This document shows positions 11,528 to 24,263 of a stretch of 64,000 nucleotides of DNA, one piece after another (positions within the stretch are counted from its first letter, which is position 1; each line of letters starts with the position of its first letter). This DNA comes from Podarcis filfolensis (Eukaryota). The notes below the pieces were generated by a model, which was not told where the DNA came from, made no database searches, and was given only the letters and a program-made list of their open reading frames with translations. The stretch lies in NCBI GenBank assembly GCA_964270895.1, contig OZ185447.1, one strand, 5' to 3'. Made by a program: the position numbers and the translations under genes.

Positions 11528-13164
11528 GGCAGGCAGCTACCTGGATTAGAGGAGAATTAGAGGAGGGGGAATGTTCAGGGTGGAGAACCAGCCGTCTTTC
11601 CCCTCCCTGCCTGGTACTGAGTTGAACTTGATCTGCAGAACCAAAGTCCAGGGCCAATGGACTTCTCAACTTGCAGCCAAGTTCCCAGAGTCCTCCAACC
11701 CCCTAGCAGCCTTCAGTGTCCCTTTGAGCTGCCGAAAGCAGGGATGGGTGACTTGATGGCCTTCAGAGATGGTTGTGTTCCATTTCTCATTGTTCCTGGC
11801 TCTGCTGGAGATACCCCCTCCCAGTGCTTTTTTTCTAAAACAAAATGTTTAGGGGTACTCTCATTTTCCTACTCGTATTGAAATACTGCCCCTCAATGAG
11901 GCCAAATTTGGATTCATTATATGTTTAGGGGTAAGTGTATCCCTGCGTACCCCTGGGGGAAAAAGCACTGCCCTCTCCCCTGGATCAGGTTGATGTGCAA
12001 AAAGGTTGACTTATCAACGGTTGCAAAACTTATCAACGGTTGCAAAAATTGTGACAGCTGCATATGGGGGAGGGAGGAAATAACATCACCTCTCTTCTAT
12101 GTGATGGGTTTTTTATAGGATATGGGATGTCTCTGTGAAAATTGCTACTTCTTATTAGACACGTGCTCAAGAGAAATAAAGTATATGATGCTCGATTTGT
12201 AAAGAAAGGTGAATGGCTTTTAGCATTATATGGAAATATTAATTCAGCCGGGATGCAAGGTTTTCGTTTGTTTTAATTGCTCCTATATATGGAATAACGT
12301 AACAGGTGCTATTCATAGAGCAATAATTCATAGCTACTGTACATGCCTTTCTAACAACACAATTATTTCAGAATATATCAAATAATACAAACTAAAATAT
12401 GAACAGAATGCCTCTGAATTCGTGCTTTCCCTTTCACCTAAGTAGCTTCAGGCAGGTCTGCCACACCAAAGATTGGGGGTTAGTATTTATTTCCTTCTCT
12501 TTCAGCAATCTTAAGCCCAGCATTTCACTATTTATTTCTTTTTACTGTGTAATGGGTGGCACCCAACCAGGTGAGGACACTCACTCAACAAGGCCAACCC
12601 AAGACACTCTGCCGCCTGAGGCAAAATAAAACATTGCATCCCCTCTGGATTTCACTTCAGCACTGACAATGGGACTCACATTTGAGTCAGCAGGCTAGTT
12701 TAGCAGGGCGCTGTGTGACATACATCACTCTACCTTCTACAGAGAGAGGTGGCTGGGAGGTTCAGAAAGAGCATTCAAGGACTGATACAACTGCGCACCC
12801 CCCTGTGACACCTGAGGCAGTTTCCTCACTCTGCCTCATGACCCAGCTGGCCCCACCACCCAAATACACACCATCGCTACCATCACCATCTTTCCAACCA
12901 ACACAACCCAATATTGCCATTCCACTGAATGGCACATGCGCTGTTAGAAATTAGCCAGGCACCAGGCGTGTTTTGCTGCTGGAGTGGTTCTAATAGCAAC
13001 TACGTGGATATTTCTGGGCGCCAGGTTGGCGGTCATAGTTTTAAAACCTCTGCCTTAGTCCATCGTTTATTCCGGTTCCATTTCCACTGTGTGTTTCTCC
13101 TCCTTGCAAATTGGGACAAGTGAATTGTTGTGAGAGCAAGCTACAGTCAAGTAACGTAGATGAG

Positions 13165-13228
13165 ATCATTGGATCAAAAACTGTAGCATTGGAAAGGACC
13201 CCGAGAATCATCCAGTCCAACCCCCTGG
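13165..13228 (-). mobile_element. CR1-type 3' tail fragment
   Basis: Reverse complement reads gggggttggactggatgattctcggggtcctttccaatgctac, the CR1 tail motif also seen at 52615-52663. Confidence 0.55.
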
Positions 13229-14794
13229 AAAATAGACATTCCATTGTGGTGGCTGTAACCTAGATTTAAGGTGCCATTTGACACCTTGCTTATATATCTG
13301 AGTTTCTAGCGCTGGGCACATGTCAATCTAAGTGATGCACACAGCCCTTCTGTTACTGAGAGAGCAACCTGGCTCCAATATATCTAAAGAGCCCCTGCGG
13401 ACTCTTTACTGTTTTGTCCCATCATGATCTACAAGAAGGACTAAGAAACTACTTATAACTTTGTGAAAAGCATTTGCATTCCGCCTTTCGTTTCATGGAG
13501 ACGCTTGTGTGGGAGACGTGTGTTTTTAGTTGCCAGTGGGAGCACCTAACAGTTGGCACATCTCCAGAGGTAACTCATTTCACACAAGTTGGGCGTCTGC
13601 ATGGAGGAGGTCTTCCCTGCAGTACCATTTAGCGGACCTAGGGAACCTGTGGCACACTTAACAAGACCTCCTCCACAGATTGTGTTTATATTAAATTTCG
13701 CCCAGTTTCTTATTTGGCAGAAATTCAGATTCAGCTTTTATGTTGCCCTTGGAAATGGACTTGGAGGAATGCTTAATGAAGAGCCTGCCAACAAACCCGT
13801 AAGGCGAGTAATGTTAAGCATAAACTCAAGGTGCCATTTCAGATTTCAGTAGCGGGTGGATGAGGGTGAGAAAGAGATTTAAGTGGTTGGGAGTTAAGAC
13901 CTAGCAGCTGGTTTGTGGATACCTTCCTAGTTAAACTGCAAAAAGCAAAACAAAAAAACAACAACATGTACACATACTTTAAGACATACCATTGCATAAA
14001 GGAAAATTGTTACGTGTGTGTGTGTAATCTGTGTTGTAATTCTTTTCTTCTTTTATACTTCGCAGTATCTACAACAGTTTTTATTCACAGAGGATAAAGA
14101 CCTGCCTCACCCCTTTTTGAATGCAAAGAGATCTCTGGCAAGCGCACCTTGTATGCATCTCTATTCCGTTGCTTAACAATAGGCTACATAGTGTACAGAA
14201 CCAGAGAATGGGCTTGAAAGCAGCTAAGTGCTCCATCACATGGGGCCGTCCCTGCCTTCCCTGAATGGCGTTCCTAACGCCAACACTCCAGATTCAATAT
14301 CTAGGCTTTTCTCTTTCCAGAAACAAAACTGGGGAAAGCAGTCTTTGAAAGGAGGTAGAAATGGAACTCAAACAAGAAATAAATGCTCCCGTTTTAAATC
14401 AATAAAGTAGCTGCAAACACTAGCCCACTTGAAAACACACACCAAAACAACTATTATCAAGGACATGCACAGAACTAAAGGCATCCTCTTGCCCAAGGCA
14501 CAGCTCTTAGGAATTGTGAGAAGGGCTAAGTACAAACGGAAGTCTGGAAATAGCATTAAACTGGCGGCTCTGGTCAGTGGACCACTTCACACATAAAACG
14601 GACTCCCTGACAGGGCCCTATAGCCAAAGGCAGCTCCTTTGCAAATGTACCTCTATGATGCATATTTGCAAGCAGGTGTTTATTGCATTCCCTTCTAAAA
14701 ATGCCCTGCGTAAACTGGCCTTCTGGACTGCCTGCACCACAGCTAACAGTGCAAACAAGTGGACCCACCATTCATCTTTGGCTGATACCCCACC

Positions 14795-14970
14795 TATACC
14801 TGGAAGCTGCCTTGGACCAGATCAGACCATTGGGTTTTTTCCACTGACTGGGGGCAGGTCTCCAGTGTTCCAGTAAGGAGCCTTTTCCCAGTCCTTACCT
14901 GGAGCTGCTGGGGATTGAACTTAAGACCATCTGCATGCAAAGCAGATGCTCTTCCAGCTGAGCTACGGTG
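14795..14970 (-). mobile_element. tRNA-derived SINE (Squam3-like)
   Basis: Reverse complement has A-box-like gtagctcagctgg, agcatctgctttgcatgcag, B-box-like ggttcaatcccc and tail aaggcagcttcc. Confidence 0.7.
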
Positions 14971-17900
14971 GTTCACCTACCACTGGGAGATCAAGGCACT
15001 GTTTTGCATGCTTTGGTGGCTTCCAGATTAGAGCCCTCTGAAGCCCTCCACATGTGCTTGAAGATAGTTTGGAAACTTCAGCTAGCGGAAAATGCAGCAG
15101 CAGGCCACCTGTGGACAGATGTATGCGACTGTTCTTAAATATCACCTGTTTTGAGACATCTGCCCTTAAAATCCTAGAGGTTTAGAGTCCTCATGAACTC
15201 CTAAGATCTTCTGATGAAGACCTGTTGCTGATGCTCTATGGAGAGGTTGGATTCACTCCCAAATATGGGCAGCGTCTTCTCAGTTGCAGCTCTGATGTTC
15301 TGGGAACTCTTTAGGAGACAGGTGAATAGTTTCTCCCCTGCTGTCTTCCGAAAACTGAGCTAAAATGTTTATTTTTCAGAAAGCCTTTAGAAATCAGTTG
15401 GTTTGTTATGCTTTGTTTGTTTGCTGGCCTAAGCTCCTTCTAAAACTGTTGTGGCTTTTATCATTGTCAATGTTTGTTGGCGTACAGTTTTTGTGATTAA
15501 AATCGTAAGCCGCCGTGCAGGTTTTTTTTAAAAAAGAGACACACATGTGATAACACAAACAAACAAACAACTGTACTTCCTGGTGGGCATCCTGTGATCT
15601 GTTGGGACACTTCCCTGGCACGTGCTGCAGTGCCTCTATAGTTGTGTAACACCAAAGCAGACTCTCATCATATACCAGGCTGTTAACTGCAAAGCATTAT
15701 CAGAAGACACAAGGTCCCAAATGAATGTGCGAAAGCAGAGCTGTATGCATGGTTATTTACGTTTCTATCCTGTTTTTCTTCCATCATAGAATTCAATATG
15801 ATGTACATCTCCCATCCAGGCAGTCACCAGATCCAGATGTGCTTAGTTTCATTGAGTGGCAGCCTTCAGACTGCACTCTAGAGCTCACAAAGTCAGAGGA
15901 GACCAAGTCAAAGGACACACACAACACACACACACACAACTCCAAAACATCCAGTGTAACAAATACCTTGCATCGGCTTATCAGCAATTGGAAATGATCA
16001 GGACAGTTCACATCTGATCCAAGGAGAGAGGCTGTAGAACTGGTATGCAGAACCAAGAGCATCTTTCGCCACAGTGAGATGAGCAAAACAGAAGCAGACT
16101 CTCACTACATACAGGGAATGTATATGCAGAATTGAACTGCGGGTTGGTATTGGAGGGGAGCAGTAGGGGCTGGAACCATATTGAATTATCTTAAATTTAC
16201 TGATTCTGCAGAGGAGAAATTAAATCTTGGCAGGCATAATTATTCCATCAGACTCCTTCCTAGGTCATGCTAGCCTCTGCTTAGGTGAGTTATCACTAAT
16301 CTCCACCTTAAATCCCTTTCCACCAGAATCTTCACAAGGAAATTTCAGGGTGGGAACTGACCAACCTTGGTCCCCCTCTTCTTTCCCCCTTCCTTCAATT
16401 CAGTTCTTTGACAGAGGATAGACCATATGAGTGATGCTGTGGGTTGATAATCTTCAACAAAAGATGTTACAACTTCTGCACTTTCAGGTCTGACCTACCT
16501 CTTGAAGATCTGGGGCGCTTGGCCTGGACACAGTATACTGTGATGTTAAAATGTGCAAAGGCAATGCAATTTTAGAAGGTATGATCAGTTGCAGGGAGAG
16601 GGAAAGGGCATGGATCATCGGAAGAAAATAGAAGCTAGAGGGAGCTGGTATAGATCTTGTAGAGAGGAAAAAGGAAACCTTAACTATGTGAAGGGCACCA
16701 AATCACATGGGAGGGAGAAGAGGGGAGGGGGTAGGGTGGATGGGGAAGCCCCATGGGCCATCTCTGACCTACAGGCCAGAGGCAGCTCCCCCACAGCTGA
16801 CAGACTGTGCTAATTTCCCTGTGGATACCACTGGGACTGATCCTGATTCAAATGGAACTTACTCTCACAGGTAAATGTGCATACGATTTGTAGGCAGACT
16901 TTGGCTTGATTATGCTCAGACTTCAGAGCACAATCCATTGGGTTTCCTGCAAAAGCACCACTGAAATTAATGGGAAATATGAAATATATTATTTGGAGGG
17001 AAGCAACAACCAGGGGGAATTTAGAGTTCTTCTCTAGAGGCAGAAATGGGTTAGAAAACCATATGCCAAGGATGCAGGAGGCTGTGTTCATGCATTCCTT
17101 CCTACAATCTGGCCAAAGCTGTTTTAGTCCCCACCCCCCTGTTGTTTGTAAGAGGGAAGAGTGGCAGGGATATGTTTTTTTTCCCTCTTCAAAAAGTGCT
17201 ACAACAATTGTCATGATATACTGGTTCTCATTACCATGTTCCTGCTTCCTGACTGACACACTCTTTGAACGAGACACAGACAGACAACATGATTAAAACA
17301 CTGGCTGGCACAAAGATGCCATAACAGATTCTCTGACTGACACAGCCATCCGATTATTATGGAGCCTGGAGGCATGGAACCCCTCCACACGACCAAGGCA
17401 GTTGTGCTTGACATCCTGCTCCTTGCTGATCCACATAGTGCAATGGGCATCCACACAATTTCTCTAGTACCCATTCAGCAGGCACACCAAGAAGGCTGAC
17501 ATGTGGCACAGCCACCACTTTGTGCAATTCAGACGCACAGGGACCTGATTTGTTCCCAAGGCAGATTATTATTTCATGACAAACCCCAATGCAATGGACA
17601 TTGATCCTTAAAACCATTACCTTATTTCCACACACTTGCATGTGTCCTGCACACATTTTGATTGCCTGCTGTGCAGCAGATGTAACCACAGCAGTAAATC
17701 CTGGCCCATCACATAGAGATCTTTGCCTGACACCTCCGATTAGCCTGACCAGCCGATCTCTGTGCTTGACAGCCTCAACAATTCCTTCCCAGTTACTGGC
17801 TCTGGCAACCAGCTGCTGCCTTCCTCAAATGGAAGATCTGCCATGGGGAGGCTGATTCCCCATCTGTTGAAGCCGGACACCATTGAAGTCATTCTGACAG

Positions 17901-18999
17901 GCCCCATGGTCAAGCCACTCTCTCCTTCACCCACCCACAGCCGTGCCATTACATCACATCCTTGGTCCACTGCTAAGCATTTTCTCTTATAAGAAGAGGA
18001 GACACACACACATAGCATAGTGCTGATGCAGACTCTCCTTTGACTTAGGGTAGTTCTGTGTGCTTTGTCCCTCTCGCCAGTCCACCCTCTGCAAGCAGTC
18101 ACACGTTATGCTTGCTGCAAAGACCTATTAGGTGGCTTAAGGAGAGCCGTTGCTCTTCCAACAGCTTCTTCTGCCAAACAGAATGGGGATTGTTGTACAT
18201 TAAAGCATGCAAGCATCATAAAATCATCTAAGTCTCATTTATACATCAGATAGCTGGAGAGTGAGCTTGGAAACCAGCTTGGGGGGGTCACACATCATAG
18301 AGAGAGTGCTTGACCCTACCTTAGACGGAATTCCCTTTCTCAGATAAATCACCTGTTTAGGGACAGAGGATCTCACGTGTGAATGTGTCCTGTGCTTTAC
18401 ATAGGCAACATCCCTCCCTCCCTTCCCTTTCTCTAAGACCACACCCAACTGGGCAAACCCACCTTGGCGCCCCCCCCCCACATCAGAGCCGCCCCTCTCT
18501 TTGGGCTGCTTCCACACACCCAAGCCCCACACAGTCCCTCCTTCTCCCTCCTCCTGTACCAGGGGCAGTTTCTCCCTCTCAGCATCCATCCACAATCACC
18601 TTCCCACCACCCAAACCGCCTCCCTTGGGGACTCCCGCTTCTATCCTTCATCTTACCCCTGGTGGGAGCTCACCTCCACAAATCCTTCCCTCCTCACCTG
18701 TTTTGCCTCGCTGTTTACGCCCCCCTCTCCCCCTCCTCCCAGTGACTTCACTCCCCGCACCCGACTTCCCTAGATCACACGGCCAACGCCTTCCGCTACC
18801 AAGGACAGCTCCTTGCAACCCTTTTCTAACTCCGAGACGCGCCTGTATCTTCTACTCCTCCCATCCAACCCGGTCCCCAGCTTCAAAGGGGAAAAGCAAC
18901 CCCTCTTCTTCAACCTGCCAACCATTCACTGCCCCCCTGCTCACTAAAACCCCATTCAGAGAGACTTATGGGGAAATCCTGCACGGGTCTACTCAGTAG

Positions 19000-20200
19000 C
19001 TGGTCCCATTGAGTTCCTCGGGACTTACTTCCAGGAAAGAGAGTATCGGGTTGTAGCTTTAGCAAAGGCTCGCCACAGCCCACCCCTCTGCCCCCTTCGT
19101 CTCCTCCTAAACACCCACTGCCCTCCCCCCTCCATTTATCTCCAACTTCCCTCTCACGCCCTCCTTCCTTCACACCCATTTCTGAGCAAGGCTGAGCCAG
19201 AGCTTCTCCACACTCAGCCTCCCTCTCCCACCTCCCTTAGCCAGCCCGTCCAACTCTTCGACCCATTTCTCGTTAAGGAACACAGGCGCGCGCGCGTATA
19301 CACGGGATCGAGACCCTCCGACATCTCCCCCAGCCCCCAAACCAGCTGCTTTCTTCCTCCTCCCTCCCGCTGCCGCCCTCCTTTTCCTCGCTGCACCTTT
19401 CCCTCTCCAGTCCCTTTATCCCATTTCTGTGCCCATAGATGAAACCAGCAGCCGGCGAGGGGATTCGGTTGCCCTACATATCCACCCCCCACCCACTACT
19501 CCCTGCTGCCCCGCCCTCACTTCGCATCCCTACACCCCACCGCCAGATGCCTCCGTGAACCCCCCATCTTCCAGCCCCACCGTTTCCATCGCCACCCCTT
19601 GGAGAGTGCCCCCCCGCTCCCCTTTTCCCGTTCACACCCATCTCCGCCTGCTCCCTTCAGCACCCCCCCCCGTCTCCCCCGCCCGCTTGCCGCAGCACCG
19701 TTATCCTTTAAGACAAATAGATAAAGAGGGTTTGGGGGGGTTAAGGATGGACCAAGGCAGGGTCTCTCTTCTCCTACCTGGGCTCCCGGCTGTGTCCAGT
19801 TGGCAGAAGGGGGTGGGGTGGGGTGGGCAAATGGCTGGCAGGATTAGTGCCCCCCCTTACGCACACATCACACCCCTCCCTTTCTGCTGTATCCCTCCTT
19901 CTCTCCCCTCCCCTTCTCTCCCTGGCTTCAGAGGGAGGAATAGATGGGGAAATGCAGCCTCCGCCCCCCTTCCCTCCCCCCCCCACAAACCCACCCCTCT
20001 TACTTGCTCACTCGGCAGCTTTGTCTGCAAAGACGCCCCTTCCCCTCCCTTTGCACGAGTGTGTGCATCAAATGGTTTAATCGACCCTGCTTCTTCAAGG
20101 CAAGCTGGTTGAGGTTGGGGGGAGGGAGTTGTGGTTTGGGTTTTATGAAGAATCAGCTGATCGGGCGGGGGCAAGACATTAGCAGAAATGGTGTTGGTAC
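19000..20200 (-). promoter_or_regulatory. PRRT2: GC/CpG-rich promoter and probable non-coding first exon of PRRT2
   Basis: CpG-rich, strongly strand-skewed region between the MAZ poly(A) site and PRRT2 exon 2; strong - strand donor GAA|gtaagt with exon end at 19029. Confidence 0.5.
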
Positions 20201-21293
20201 TGGAAGCGTCCCACATATTCTGTATCTCCTCTCCACCTCAACCCCCCTGGAATACACCAAAACTTCACGTCAGCAAGCCACAAGTGCAATGAGCATCAAA
20301 GGACTAAGAAGTCCCAGCACCGCCACCATTGCCTCCTCCTCCTCAGGGACTGCCCAGAGGCACAAATGTGTGCTGAATAAAAATGGGAGCTGTCAGATGG
20401 GGCTGAAGGGTGCCTGGGAAGACCCCATGGGTGGGACTTGAGGGTGCGGGACTGAAGGGGACCCCAGGCTGGGCGAAGGAGGGAAACTGTGCCCTCCGCC
20501 CAGCTGAGCTCAGCAAGATGATGTGGGAAATTTTCTGCACCAATCTGTTTTTGGGGAATCCTGGCTCCACAGCCCTCCCTCCTCCCCCTCCGGGAGAAAA
20601 TTATATAAAATCTCTCGCTTCCAGTTTCTCATCCATTATTTATAACCTGCCCCGGCTGCTGCACAAGGGAGGGAGGAAAGAGCCCACAATTAACCTGTCT
20701 CGCTCACACCATGCCACAGCTCCAGTGCAGCATTTGCTGTCTACCAACCAGCAAAAAAACCCACTGCCACTGCCGCCGCCACCACCACCACCCAGATGTC
20801 CAGCCACAAGGCAGCATTTGCTCCTTCTCCTAGAAAGGGGAGTTTGATGCAGCAACCATGAAAAAAAGAGAAGAGATCCTCCTGGGTAATCACAGGAAGC
20901 AAGGAAGTGCATTGGGAAACCCACTTAGAGCTGAGAATTGCGACCTGGTGCCAGATCCATTAGACATTTTAAATAGGCATAAAGGTCCTGAGAGGAGATT
21001 CTGATGGTGTAAGGAGGTAGGCAGAGCAAGAGAGACCAGCAAACGTAATACTTCCCCCTTTACACTCAAAGTGACACAGAAACGGTCTGACAATAAACAG
21101 ACAAGAGTGTGGATTTTTTTCCTTCAATGTTTTTACTAAAATCTTTTGCTGTTGAGACACAGATCCAGAAAGGGTGCATGGGAGAAGGAAAGATGTGGGG
21201 TGAGGGAGGGAACAGGGAGAAAGGATAGATGGACACAGCTTCATTACATTTTGTGTTAACAAAAAACAAAAACAAAAAAAACCACAAAGGGAG

Positions 21294-21299
21294 TTTATT
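21294..21299 (-). terminator. MAZ: MAZ poly(A) signal (AATAAA)
   Basis: AATAAA on -, preceded by ttttgtattatatatatt and followed by U/GU-rich tggtttttttttgtttttg. Confidence 0.8.
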
Positions 21300-22304
21300 T
21301 TAAATGTCAGGGGATTTTTTTTTAATATATATAATACAAAAAAGCGAGGACTCTAACCCCAAACTGTGGGGGTTGCATGCAACAAGAAAGGTTTTCAGCG
21401 GGTGGGGCATCAATGCTTGGTGTGGGGGGCTGACACGCTTGGAACACGAATCACGAGAGAAGCTCAGGGAATGGAGCATTAAAACAGACACCATGAAAGA
21501 ATGAGGTGCTTGGGCAAGGAGGGAAATTCAGAGCAGTTCCTCAGCAGGGGAATGGAGGGCACTCCACACTGAAGCCATGGAGAAATCCAATCCTTTTCCA
21601 TCCCATCCCACTGCAGCCCCCTGCCACCCCAGACTTGAGCTCCTGGCACCTACAATGCCCCTCAATCCTGATTTTCATCCCCCTTCTAACTTCTTTTTGG
21701 GTTTCCCAAGTTCTGTCAACCCCTCAACCAACACAACTCTATTCCCAACTCTGGCCTCCCCCCGCCACCAGCTGCAATCTTGCCCCACAATTTTGTCCCA
21801 CGGATATCCCATCCTTGAGCCCTCCTCATTCTGTTCCTGAGCTGAGCTTGTTAAGTCTTTCCTGTCCCATTGTCTCACTCTTTTTGTGTAGCTGATTTAG
21901 GGGCAATGGGGAGCACTGCTGGAATAAGCAAGAGACTTATGGTGACGAAGACTGTAGCTATTTGGCTAAGGACAGGAGAGGGTGCATGGGTTTATGGGAC
22001 TCTTGTGGGGCTAGACGTTAAGGGGACTAGAGCAGGGGAGTCAATAAAACGAGGGTGCTCTCTGAATGCACACACAGCCCTTCCATGGCCCTCTGAACAA
22101 GAGCTGCTGCTTTGGCTGGGCAGGTGCTTTCCCAGCACCACTATTTTACGAGCACAGGCAGGGGAGAGAATGAATGAAACCACCATTAAATTAAACACCC
22201 AAATATGGCCACTGCATATTCATCTGGGCTTGGAGGCTCCAGCTGCCAGTGAGGGAGAGGGATGGGACTGGGAGGGTCGGCTTCTGCCTCCCCACTCCCA
22301 GAAA

Positions 22305-22426
22305 TCACCAGGGCTGTGTGGGGAGGGCTTGGCTCACAACCGAAGCTCCCTCCATGGGCAGCACCGTGACGGCGGCGGGAGGTGGGGCCGAGACGGCTGC
22401 CGCGAGGGGGCAGACCTCACCCGTAC
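22305..22426 (-). CDS. MAZ: MAZ terminal coding exon, canonical isoform (GTGEVCPLAAAVSAPPPAAVTVLPMEGASVVSQALPTQPW*)
   Basis: Acceptor tcttcctccacag|, phase 1, TGA at 22305-22307; matches recalled human GTGEVCPM...SQPLPSQPW. Confidence 0.93.
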
Positions 22427-23450
22427 CTGTGGAGGAAGACAGATGTACAAAGTCAAAGGGGTTTCTCACCCTCAGAAATTTAATTAACACAGTTGTGTAG
22501 CCTGCTTCCTCCCACCCTCCCCCTGCTGTAAGCTGGAGTAGAAGACACAGCTGGTTTCACGAAGTAAGAAAGAGATGGATGCAGCTGCCCCTTCCTCCAA
22601 AGCACCATATTTATCCATGTCCTGCAGGGAAGTTCCCTTCCTTAAAAGGCTGAAAAATAAAGCAAGGTTGAAAGAACTCACTAGCTCTAACTTGAAATTA
22701 AGCGCAGACAATACAGCTAACTGGGGTTTATCACTTAAATTGTTGTCCTAATGCATAATAAAGGTTAAACTTTCACAGAAAAGTTTTCTCAGGGGACTCC
22801 AGCTCTCACAGTTCTCCAAGATGCATGATACATAGGGAATACATCCATAGCAGTGAGTGGGGCTAGAAAATCTCCCACTACATTACAGCATCTCATGGGA
22901 ATAGATTCACTTACTGCTACCCCATGATCAGTTGTGTCTCAAAAGCAACAGTTACGCCTAATGTTGGACAGGAGACAAAGTAATGAAGGGCAAAAAGGAG
23001 ACAAAACACCCATCAATGTGCCCTGTCTGTTGCTAACTTCAAAATATTAATTGTAGTCTATATTTCTTGTTGAAGGTACAAGAACTCCTTTGACTTTGGA
23101 AAAATAAAACAGTATTCAGATAAATAAAACATTCAAACGATTATGTGCACCTTTTCATTTTTTAAAAAATGAAAGCTCAATCCTGCTTCTATCCTCTTTA
23201 GATGAACCTGCAAAAGGATCCTGAGTCACACATAAGCATCCAAACCAAGATAGGCACTGCAATATGCAGGCACTTAAACACTGGCAGAGGGATGCTAATT
23301 TAGGATGCAGCCGCCCCAGGGGAGATGGGGTTCTCCGTCTCCCACTGAGAATACAAGGACACGTGGGTACCCTATGGGACAGATGGGCCTCCCCTCCCCA
23401 TTCCCTAGGACAGAAGGAAGCGGCTCTTGCCTGGTGGCCCGGCCAGCGTT

Positions 23451-23638
23451 TCACCGCAGCGGTTGGCCCTCAGTGGCCGCAGCCCCTTCTCCTGCGTGCG
23501 TCTGCAGATGCCCGTTGAGCTGAGCCGGGGTCTTGCAGTGCACGCCACACAGCTTGCAAAGGAAACGCTCCAGCCGCGGGGCGGCCAGTCCGTGGTCCTT
23601 GACCGCGTGGACCCTGAGGTAGGCCGCTGTGGTGAACC
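23451..23638 (-). CDS. MAZ: MAZ alternative exon encoding two additional C2H2 fingers (GFTTAAYLRVHAVKDHGLAAPRLERFLCKLCGVHCKTPAQLNGHLQTHAGEGAAATEGQPLR*)
   Basis: Acceptor tccccctcccgtag|, phase 1, TGA at 23451-23453; matches the recalled human MAZ isoform 2 (SAF-2) exon. Confidence 0.9.
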
Positions 23639-24230
23639 CTACGGGAGGGGGAGAAGGACAAAAACCAGCCAGGTCAGTGTCCGGTCTACTGAAAACGTAC
23701 TCCAGTGTCCTGTAATGCTTGGCTGTGCCTCACCCTAGAGGCGGCTGCGTCTCAACATCTAGTGAAAGATCCATTGCGACAGGGCTCCCTGGTGAAGAGG
23801 CAGCTTCTCCACCCCAGAGATGGCTGCATCTTGCCACCAGGTAAGCTATCTCTGTTTGAACAACAGACCCCACTCTAGGGGCAGCTGCATCGCGGCATTG
23901 AGGAAGTAAAGGTGAGGAACTTAAGACTCAACACAAAAATATCAGAGCTGTAATCCTAGACCAGATGTAGCTGGATGAGAAGAAGAAAGCAGATTTTCTC
24001 CCCCCGCCCCACAGCAAATCTATGTTACCTATATTCCCTGCAATATGAAATACTTAAAAGGCATAAAAGAATTCTAAGAAGTGATTAATAGTAAAGTGCT
24101 GCTTTATGCTTCTGAGAATCCAGTTATCTACAATATGTTGAAGATTTTATTTTAAATATATGGGTAAAGCATAATGGATTATGCACATTATCCAGTGAGA
24201 TAATCCAGGTGTTTCCACAAAGGAAAAGCA

Positions 24231-24260
<30 letters not shown>
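24231..24260. repeat. (GAT)10 microsatellite
   Basis: Read directly. Confidence 0.95.

Positions 24261-24263
<3 letters not shown>

Noticed and set aside
17200-17960. Possible retroelement coding remnant in PRRT2 intron 1
   Set aside because: Several short ORFs but no RT, integrase or gag motif that I could identify.
19656-19664. REST/RE1 silencer at the PRRT2 promoter
   Set aside because: Only the left half-site TTCAGCACC is present; no GGACAGCGCC half at a suitable spacing.
18379-20441. Several 119-227 aa ORFs in the PRRT2 promoter region
   Set aside because: Products of C-rich skew and stop-codon depletion; no recognisable domain or splice support.
21463-21470. miR-125 site (CTCAGGGA) in the MAZ 3'UTR
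   Set aside because: It is on the + strand, antisense to the MAZ mRNA.
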